A DNA stretch of 64,000 nt, taken from the NCBI GenBank assembly GCA_900769115.1, contig CAAGFJ010000044.1, forward strand, positions 7,140 to 71,139, read 5' to 3'. Below the pieces are notes generated by a model. The model saw nothing but the letters and a program-made list of their open reading frames with translations, made no database searches and was not told where the DNA came from. The stretch comes from Lachnospiraceae bacterium (GTDB lineage Bacteria; Bacillota; Clostridia; Lachnospirales; Lachnospiraceae). A program made the translations under genes and the position numbers. Below are positions 56,821 through 64,000 of the stretch, piece after piece. Numbering within the stretch: position 1 is the stretch's first letter; every line of letters begins with the position of its first letter.

Positions 56821-57747
56821 ATGATAAAATTAAGCGTGATAATTCCTGTATATAATGCGGAGAAATATTTAGATGAATGTCTTAGGAGTGTTTCTAATCA
56901 AAGCTATAAAAATATTGAGATTATTATTATAAATGATGGATCGACGGATTTTTCGGATGAAATAATAAGCAAATGGAAAAAGAATGACAATCGAATTACA
57001 GTAATATCTCAGAGAAACAGCGGAGTTTCTGTTGCTAGAAATAAGGGATTAGAAATTGCTCAAGGTGAATGGGTTACATTTGTTGATGCAGATGACTATA
57101 TAGCTTCAAATTATTTCCAAAGGGTGTTAAGTATTATAGAAAATCAAAATGTCCAAATGTTTACTTATAATATGTATAATTCAGGAAAATATGATAGGAA
57201 AATATTTTCAAAAATAGAAATGGCGAGTATATGTGTTGGGAATGGAGGGGCATTAGGATATGTTTGGAATAAGTTTTTTCAAAATGAGATTATACGTAAA
57301 AAAAACATAAAATTTGATTCTAATATTTCTATATGTGAAGATTTATTGTTTTGCTTAGAGTATATTCAACATATCAAAATAGGTATATATTGTATGTTTG
57401 ACATACAGAATTTATATATGTATAGGATTCATGCGGAAAGTGCAACACAAAATATTCAAAGTAACAAATTAGTGACAGCATTGGAGGCGTATCAACATAT
57501 ACTTGAATTGGAATATTTGTCAGAAAAAATTAGAAGATCCTTATATAAGGGTTATAATAGCATTGCTATTAATTGTATGTTATTAGAGTGGATTGAAAAT
57601 GGGGGATATGATAAACAAATAAGAGATAAATACTTTAGAATAATTAGAAATCAAAAAATGTATATGAGTTTAAAAGATTATATTAAGTTTTTAATTATTT
57701 TGATAGCGCCATGGTTTATGTACAAATTTAGAATGAATAAATTATAA
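56821..57747 (+). CDS. Family 2 glycosyltransferase
   Basis: LSVIIPVYNAEKYL...INDGSTD...FVDADD. Start at ATG 56821. Confidence 0.8.
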   Translation: MIKLSVIIPVYNAEKYLDECLRSVSNQSYKNIEIIIINDGSTDFSDEIISKWKKNDNRITVISQRNSGVSVARNKGLEIAQGEWVTFVDADDYIASNYFQRVLSIIENQNVQMFTYNMYNSGKYDRKIFSKIEMASICVGNGGALGYVWNKFFQNEIIRKKNIKFDSNISICEDLLFCLEYIQHIKIGIYCMFDIQNLYMYRIHAESATQNIQSNKLVTALEAYQHILELEYLSEKIRRSLYKGYNSIAINCMLLEWIENGGYDKQIRDKYFRIIRNQKMYMSLKDYIKFLIILIAPWFMYKFRMNKL

Positions 57748-57833
57748 TTTTTGTTTCATTGTTTGAAAGTTTATGTACATTCGTTATAAGAGAGTAAATT
57801 GGTTTATTAATTGATTTTGGGAAAATAAGTAAA

Positions 57834-58790
57834 ATGGAAAAAGTTAGTATAATTGTGCCAATATATAATAAGGAAGAATATTTAATTAAATGTTTGAAGT
57901 CGTTAAGTGATCAAACTTATCCAGAAATAGAAATTATATTAATCAATGACGGATCAGGTGACAATTCGATCGAGATATGTAATAAATGGGAGAAATTAGA
58001 TAAGAGGGTTAAAGTTATCTCTAAAGCTAATGGTGGAGTAGCATCGGCACGTAATTGTGGATTGTGTTGTTCTAGTGGCAATTATATTATGTTTGTTGAT
58101 CCGGATGATTATTTAAAAGAGGATTGTGTAGAAGTACTTATGAAAGCCTTTGAAATTGATAATGTTGATATAGCATATTGCTATGCTTTTGACGTTTATG
58201 AAGGTGAGGAAAAAGTTTGTACAAGTAGTAAAGAATCAGGTCAATATCACAGCTTGAGTACAAAGGAATATAATTGGATTGGAAAACAAGCACATACTGT
58301 TTGTTGGGGGGCAATATATAAAAAGTGCATTATAAATAATGTATTGTTTGATGATGATTTAACAATTGGAGAAGATACTTTGTTTTTTGCAAAGTGTGTA
58401 GCGAATGCAAATAAAATGATGTATGTTGATAAAGCTGAGTATTTTTATTTTATTAATTCGAATTCTGTGACTAGAAATATGATTTGGAAAAACTGTGAAA
58501 GTGAGTTAAAAGCTTGGAAAAGAGTCGCTGAGTTATATGAAAGGGATACGTATGCATTTTTATCAGCAAAAGCTGTTTATGCATTGAAATGTAAGATGAT
58601 GGCATTGGGATGCTATCAAGATAGTAAAGAAAGGACTCAATTTTTAAAAAATGAGTATATTAGAAATTCTAGTTTTTTGATAAAAGCACTGTTAAAGGAA
58701 AGAAAGTATATACATATTTTAAAGAATTTTATTAATATTGTATTTTGGAAATGGTGGATTAATTTTAATTCAAGTAGGATAGGTAATTAA
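57834..58790 (+). CDS. Family 2 glycosyltransferase
   Basis: VSIIVPIYNKEEYL...INDGSGD...FVDPDD. Confidence 0.8.
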   Translation: MEKVSIIVPIYNKEEYLIKCLKSLSDQTYPEIEIILINDGSGDNSIEICNKWEKLDKRVKVISKANGGVASARNCGLCCSSGNYIMFVDPDDYLKEDCVEVLMKAFEIDNVDIAYCYAFDVYEGEEKVCTSSKESGQYHSLSTKEYNWIGKQAHTVCWGAIYKKCIINNVLFDDDLTIGEDTLFFAKCVANANKMMYVDKAEYFYFINSNSVTRNMIWKNCESELKAWKRVAELYERDTYAFLSAKAVYALKCKMMALGCYQDSKERTQFLKNEYIRNSSFLIKALLKERKYIHILKNFINIVFWKWWINFNSSRIGN

Positions 58791-58860
58791 TATTAGATAA
58801 AAAGCAAATTAACGAAAGGAATGTATGAGTATTAGTTAACTAAGTATCATACAGATAAAG

Positions 58861-59925
58861 ATGATGAATAAATATCAAATAGTTGAATGTACAGTAGATG
58901 GAAATAATGCGGGAGCCAAGGCACCTCAGGATATTGTGGTGATTGCTGATCAAATTGGTTTTGAGAGGATTTTAATTCATAGATTGAATAAAAAGAATGG
59001 TGTGATAGGGAAAATACAACGGCAAATATCATACTTTGCAAATTGGTATAGGAATTATACTAATATAGCTGACAATTCTATTCTTTTAATACAAAACCCG
59101 CTATATTATAAAGAATTAGGAAGAAAATTTATATTAAAGAAATTAAAGAAAAGAAAGAAATTGAAAATAATTTCGTTAGTTCATGATGTTGAGAAATTGA
59201 GAGAGGTTTATTATACAAAATATTGGAAAAATGAATTTGAAAACATGATAGAATTGGCAGATATTATTATTGTACATAATAAAATTATGTTGGATTGGTT
59301 TGTGAAACAGGGAGTTCCGGAAGAAAAGTTGATTTCTTTGCAAATATTTGATTATCTGCAGCAAGATAATCAGATTAAAAATCCTATGTTTGCTAAGTCG
59401 ATAACTATAGCCGGTAATTTGGATACTAATAAATGTAAATATATAGGTGAATTAAAAAAACTTAAAAATGTACAGATTAACTTGTTTGGTGGAAATTTTG
59501 ATAAGTCATTAGAAAAATATAGTAATATAAAGTATCATGGTTCTTATTCGATTGACGTTATTCATACTAAACTGGTAGAAGGTTTTGGATTGGTTTGGGA
59601 TGGTGAAAGTATAGATAGTTGCCGAGGGGCATTTGGAAATTATTTAAGATATAATAATCCACATAAATTGTCGTTATATTTGTCTTCAGGATTGCCAGTT
59701 ATTATATGGTCGGAAGCGGCTGAAGCGTTATTTGTGAAAAAATATAATGTTGGAATATGTGTTAATAATTTGTATGAATTGAAAGATATTATGGACAATT
59801 TGACAGAAGATAAATACTATGAAATGGTTGCGAATGTTCAAGGTATACGTTCGCAATTAATTAGTGGTGGATTTACAAAAAAAAGCATTGGTGAGGCATG
59901 TAAAAGGATTATATATGATGAATAG
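58861..59925 (+). CDS. WbbI-like galactofuranosyltransferase candidate
   Basis: N-terminus NAGAKAPQDIVVIAD... and ISLVHDVEKLR resemble E. coli WbbI as I recall it (DAGFKARKDALDIAS..., LIHDIDELRG). Adjacent to glf. Confidence 0.55.
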   Translation: MMNKYQIVECTVDGNNAGAKAPQDIVVIADQIGFERILIHRLNKKNGVIGKIQRQISYFANWYRNYTNIADNSILLIQNPLYYKELGRKFILKKLKKRKKLKIISLVHDVEKLREVYYTKYWKNEFENMIELADIIIVHNKIMLDWFVKQGVPEEKLISLQIFDYLQQDNQIKNPMFAKSITIAGNLDTNKCKYIGELKKLKNVQINLFGGNFDKSLEKYSNIKYHGSYSIDVIHTKLVEGFGLVWDGESIDSCRGAFGNYLRYNNPHKLSLYLSSGLPVIIWSEAAEALFVKKYNVGICVNNLYELKDIMDNLTEDKYYEMVANVQGIRSQLISGGFTKKSIGEACKRIIYDE

Positions 59926-59963
59926 TGATAGATTAATTTCCAGAATAGAGGAGGGAAAAGCAT

Positions 59964-61073
59964 ATGTATAATTATTTAATTGTCGGCTCTGGCTTATATG
60001 GTGCCGTTTTTGCACATGAGGCGAAAAAAAGAGGAAAATCTGTATTAGTGGTAGAAAAGAGATCTAATGTAGCAGGGAATGTGTATACAGAAAAACAAGA
60101 AGGAATTAATGTACATATGTATGGAGCACATATTTTCCATACGAATAATAAGAAAGTATGGGATTATATTACACAATTTGCTGACTTTAACAGGTTTACG
60201 AATAGTCCGGTAGCGAATTACAAAGGGGAATTATATTCCATGCCGTTTAATATGTACACATTTAATAAGATGTGGGGAGTAGTAACCCCGGAAGAGGCGG
60301 CTGCCAAGATTGAAGAACAGAAGAAAGAGATTATTGGTGAGCCAAAGAATTTGGAAGAACAGGCTATTTCCCTTGTTGGTCGAGATATTTATGAAAAGCT
60401 GGTAAAAGGCTATACGGAAAAGCAATGGGGAAGAGATTGCAAAGATTTACCTGCATTTATTATTAAACGACTTCCGGTTCGGCTTACCTTTGATAATAAT
60501 TATTTTAACGCATTATATCAGGGAATTCCAATCGGAGGATATACTAAGTTAGTTCAGAATTTGTTAGGTGGTATAGAGGTTCGATTGAATACAAATTATC
60601 TGGAACATAAGCAGGAATTGGATGCATTAGCAGATAAAGTAGTCTATACAGGACCGATTGATGCATACTTTGGATATCAATTAGGAGCACTTGAGTATCG
60701 TTCTGTTCGATTCGAGAATGAGACGTTGGATATTTCGAATTTTCAGGGAAATGCTGCGGTGAACTATACAGATCGGGAAACGCCGTGGACACGTATCATT
60801 GAGCATAAGTGGTTTGAGTTTGGCAAGGATGAGAAAGGCAATGATCTGCCTAAGACGATTATCAGCAGAGAGTATTCATCGGAGTGGAATTTAGGAGACG
60901 AACCTTATTATCCTGTAAATGATGACAAGAATGGCAAGCTGTATGAACAGTATAAAAAGTTAGCTGATGTTGAATCTAAAGTAATATTTGGTGGACGTCT
61001 AGGTGAATATAAGTATTATGATATGGACGCAGTAATCGCAGCGGCATTAGAGAAGTGTGAGGATATATTATAA
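59964..61073 (+). CDS. glf: UDP-galactopyranose mutase
   Basis: FAD fold YLIVGSGLYGAVFAHE. GAHIFHTN. RFENE...YPVND. 369 aa. Confidence 0.93.
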   Translation: MYNYLIVGSGLYGAVFAHEAKKRGKSVLVVEKRSNVAGNVYTEKQEGINVHMYGAHIFHTNNKKVWDYITQFADFNRFTNSPVANYKGELYSMPFNMYTFNKMWGVVTPEEAAAKIEEQKKEIIGEPKNLEEQAISLVGRDIYEKLVKGYTEKQWGRDCKDLPAFIIKRLPVRLTFDNNYFNALYQGIPIGGYTKLVQNLLGGIEVRLNTNYLEHKQELDALADKVVYTGPIDAYFGYQLGALEYRSVRFENETLDISNFQGNAAVNYTDRETPWTRIIEHKWFEFGKDEKGNDLPKTIISREYSSEWNLGDEPYYPVNDDKNGKLYEQYKKLADVESKVIFGGRLGEYKYYDMDAVIAAALEKCEDIL

Positions 61074-62521
61074 TGGGAAAAAATGTACCTAGTGTAAAGA
61101 AAAATTATATATATAGCCTGTCATTTCAGATATTATCAATGATTACTCCGTTTATTACAGCGCCTTATATAGCTCGTGTATTAGGTGCGGACGGAGTCGG
61201 TATATATAGTTATACGCAATCATATATGACCTATTTTACAATGTTTGCATCACTAGGAACTGCAGCTTATGGCATGAGAGAAATAGCGCAGTGCAGAGAT
61301 GACCAGAAACAATATTCTAAAAAATTCTGGGAGATAGAATTACTTACCGTATTCACAACAATAATATGTCTTATCATATGGTTAGGTATGTTATTGTTTA
61401 CTCATGAGTATAGAATATATTTCATAGCACTTATTCCCTCTTTGTTTGCGGTAATGTTTGATATTTCATGGTTTTATACCGGTCATGAAAGAATTGGATA
61501 TACGGTATTTTGGAATGCATTGTGTAAGATCTTAGGTATAATTTTAATCTTTTCATTTGTAAAGAAGAGAGAAGATCTTTTTTTGTATATCTTAATAAAT
61601 ACGACTATGACATTATTGGGAAATATGTCGATGTGGATTTTTTTACCCAAAATGCTAACAAAGGTAAATTGGAAAAAATTACAGTTTAGGAATCATTTCA
61701 AGGAAACATTAATATATTTCGTTCCGACTATAGCGACTTCGATTTATACAGTACTTGATAAGACTTTGATAGGTGCAATTACCCATAACCAATATCAAAA
61801 CGGGTATTATGAGCAGGCAACGAAAATAGTTAATATGGCTAAAACAGCCGTTTTTGTGTCAATAAATTCTGTTATGGGTGCGCGAATTTCTTATTTATTT
61901 GTTGAAAATAAAATAGATGAAATAAAAAATAGAATAAAAAATTCAATGGATTTTATATTGTTGTTAGGAATAGGGGCAATGTTTGGAATTATTGGAATTG
62001 CCAAGTCGTTTGTTCCACTTTTTTTTGGAAAAGGGTATGATGAGGTTATATACTTATTATATTGGATGGCACCATTAATAGTGATAATTGGGGTAAGTAA
62101 TTGCCTGGGATCGCAATATTATACTCCGGCAGGACTAAGAGGAAAGAGTGCAAAATATATTATTTCCGGTTCTTGTGTGAATTTGATTATGAATTTGATA
62201 TGTATTCCACAATTTGGTGCGACTGGTGCAATAATAGGGTCTATTGTTGCAGAATTAACGATTACAGTGTTATATTTAATAAATTGCTCAGGAATGATAA
62301 CATTCAAGACTATCTGTAAAATGGGTTATAAAAAGTTAATTGCAGGTGTAATAATGGCGATATTGGTATATTGGGTAGGTAACAGTGTTTTATCTGTGGC
62401 TGGGTTAGTATTGCAGATTATTGTAGGCGGAGGAATATATTTATTAATATTGTTTGTGTGGAAGGATGCTATACTAAAGGAATTGGCATTGATGATAAAA
62501 GGAAGGGTAAGAAATGGTTGA
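61073..62521 (+). CDS. wzx: Wzx-type oligosaccharide flippase (MOP superfamily)
   Basis: 482 aa, about 12-14 TM helices, N-terminus NYIYSLSFQILSMITPFITAPYIARVLG. Confidence 0.8.
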   Translation: MGKNVPSVKKNYIYSLSFQILSMITPFITAPYIARVLGADGVGIYSYTQSYMTYFTMFASLGTAAYGMREIAQCRDDQKQYSKKFWEIELLTVFTTIICLIIWLGMLLFTHEYRIYFIALIPSLFAVMFDISWFYTGHERIGYTVFWNALCKILGIILIFSFVKKREDLFLYILINTTMTLLGNMSMWIFLPKMLTKVNWKKLQFRNHFKETLIYFVPTIATSIYTVLDKTLIGAITHNQYQNGYYEQATKIVNMAKTAVFVSINSVMGARISYLFVENKIDEIKNRIKNSMDFILLLGIGAMFGIIGIAKSFVPLFFGKGYDEVIYLLYWMAPLIVIIGVSNCLGSQYYTPAGLRGKSAKYIISGSCVNLIMNLICIPQFGATGAIIGSIVAELTITVLYLINCSGMITFKTICKMGYKKLIAGVIMAILVYWVGNSVLSVAGLVLQIIVGGGIYLLILFVWKDAILKELALMIKGRVRNG

Positions 62522-63455
62522 TTTAAATATTGATTTGCCAGCGGGATTTCTCGAAGAAGAAACAAGATGGGATTATAAAATAACTAGGCAGATGAAGGAA
62601 GTTTGGGCAATTGAGTTAGATTTATTAAGTGAACTTTTGCGAGTGTGTAATAAGCATAATATCAAAATATTTGCAAGCGGTGGAACAATGCTAGGAGCGG
62701 TTAGGCATAAAGGATTTATTCCGTGGGATGATGATATTGATATGATGATGTTTCGGGCAGATTATGAAAAGTTGTGTAGAGTGGCTAAAGATGAATTTGC
62801 AGAGCCATATTTTTTTCAAACGGAATATACAGATTCAGGTTCTTTGCGTGGACATGCTCAATTTAGAAATTCAAGTACAACAGCGATATTAAAAGGAGAA
62901 TGTGATCAAAATACTCATATACCGTGCTTTCATTTTAACCAAGGAATTTTTATTGATATTTTTCCTTTGGACAATGTTGTGGAAGATGGTAATTTAATAT
63001 TAAAACAACAAAAGAAAGTTCAAAAAGCACGATGGTGGACATATAAAATTTCTAATATTACTAGTAGATATGAGAAGGGGAAAACAAGTGGAATAAAGGG
63101 CTGGATAAAAGATATTGTTTATTTAGCTTTGCAAAAATTTGATATCGGGATAAGCCTTGAAAAAAATATATATTGTCGATTCGAAAAAGAATGTCAGACT
63201 TTTAATGATAGAGAAACAAAAGAAGTTTCGTCGCTTTCTTTAGATGTTATTAATAAACAATTTTATAAGGACAGAAAAGATTATGAAGAGATAATCATGA
63301 TGCCGTTTGAATTTATGGAAATACCAGTAGGAAAAAATTATGATCATGCGTTAAAGAAACGATATGGGGATTATAAAGAGATTGTAAAAGGGGGGAGTTT
63401 ACATGGGGGGGTATTTTTTGATACGGATAAATCATATACAAATTATTTTATATGA
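62514..63455 (+). CDS. LicD-family phosphotransferase
   Basis: GGTMLGAVRHKGFIPWDDDIDMMM LicD signature. Confidence 0.85.
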   Translation: MVDLNIDLPAGFLEEETRWDYKITRQMKEVWAIELDLLSELLRVCNKHNIKIFASGGTMLGAVRHKGFIPWDDDIDMMMFRADYEKLCRVAKDEFAEPYFFQTEYTDSGSLRGHAQFRNSSTTAILKGECDQNTHIPCFHFNQGIFIDIFPLDNVVEDGNLILKQQKKVQKARWWTYKISNITSRYEKGKTSGIKGWIKDIVYLALQKFDIGISLEKNIYCRFEKECQTFNDRETKEVSSLSLDVINKQFYKDRKDYEEIIMMPFEFMEIPVGKNYDHALKKRYGDYKEIVKGGSLHGGVFFDTDKSYTNYFI

Positions 63456-63484
63456 TTAATGGACATGAAAGGAGATAAAGAGGG

Positions 63485-64000
63485 ATGGCTAATATAGCAA
63501 TTTTAACAGCCGGTGGTATTGGAAGTCGAACACATCAGGATATTCCGAAACAATTTATCAATGTGGATAATAAACCAATAATAATATATACATTAGAAGC
63601 ATTTCAACAGCATCCGAACATTGATGAAATATGTGTTGTTATTCTCGAAGGTTGGGATCAGATATTACGGGCTTATGCTAAACAGTTTAATATAACAAAG
63701 TTAAAATATGTAGTTACTGGAGGAGAAACAGGTCAACAGTCAATTTTCAATGGATTGAAAGCAATTCGGGATAATCATAATGATGATGATATTGTTATGA
63801 TTCATGATGGAAACCGTCCAATGGTTGGTCAAGATTTAATCACTGATAACCTGGTTAAACAAAAAAAGTATGGATCTGCAGTTGCAACAATACCATGTAC
63901 CGAAGTGGTATTTGTTTCTGAAAATAAGAAGGATTCTATGCAATCCATTCCTAGAGAGAATTTGCAACGTACACAAACACCACACTCATATTATCTGAAA
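63485..64000 (+). CDS. IspD/TarI-family sugar-/alditol-phosphate cytidylyltransferase, 3' end outside window
   Basis: Hand translation from ATG 63485 gives MANIAILTAGGIGSRTHQDIPKQFINVDNKPII...IHDGNRPMV. It is open to base 64000 (172 codons). Not in the ORF track because it has no stop in the window. Confidence 0.8.
   Translation, partial: MANIAILTAGGIGSRTHQDIPKQFINVDNKPIIIYTLEAFQQHPNIDEICVVILEGWDQILRAYAKQFNITKLKYVVTGGETGQQSIFNGLKAIRDNHNDDDIVMIHDGNRPMVGQDLITDNLVKQKKYGSAVATIPCTEVVFVSENKKDSMQSIPRENLQRTQTPHSYYLK

Overview
This 64-kb chromosomal segment looks like a low/medium-GC Gram-positive anaerobe, Clostridia/Lachnospiraceae-like. That taxon guess is inference only, from GGAGG-type RBSs, murT-gatD, iorAB and a Gram-positive cps layout. 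I see about 60 protein genes and one tRNA-Lys(CTT), and no rRNA, CRISPR array, transposase or integrase. All family calls come from motif recognition by eye; no searches were run.

Main blocks:
(i) 0-2 kb: partial dinB, a stand-alone RelA/SpoT-type HD hydrolase and an XRE regulator.
(ii) 2.2-12.2 kb: a complete SspABCD-SspE-like DNA phosphorothioation / PT-sensing defence island in the order HTH-D-B-C-A-E. A DUF4143-type AAA ATPase preceded by phased direct repeats follows it.
(iii) 13.9-24.2 kb: housekeeping and cell-wall genes (GIY-YIG, amidase, pyrP-upp, an AT-richer secreted protein, iorAB, GH25 muramidase).
(iv) 24.5-32.3 kb: directly after tRNA-Lys, a three-gene SMC/MukB-like module of 508, 239 and 1491 aa, with mukF-mukE-mukB / jetA-jetB-jetC-like sizes and order. 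It has no JetD/MksG-type nuclease and is split by an MNT-HEPN pair carrying its own promoter. This is my top candidate for an undescribed system.
(v) 32.4-44.6 kb: aldose epimerase, hicAB, murT-gatD, WYL regulator, glpK, Zn peptidase, DUF1002, corA and two divergent antiporter-like membrane proteins.
(vi) 44.7-46.8 kb: an orphan carrier protein / unknown / Sfp-type PPTase trio.
(vii) 47.1-64.0 kb: a capsule/EPS locus. Its regulatory module (phosphatase, LCP, Wzz, BY-kinase) is separated by a 0.7-kb non-coding, terminator-containing gap from a much AT-richer cassette. That cassette holds a priming transferase, five GT2, an EpsG-type polymerase, Galf genes, Wzx, LicD and a cytidylyltransferase.
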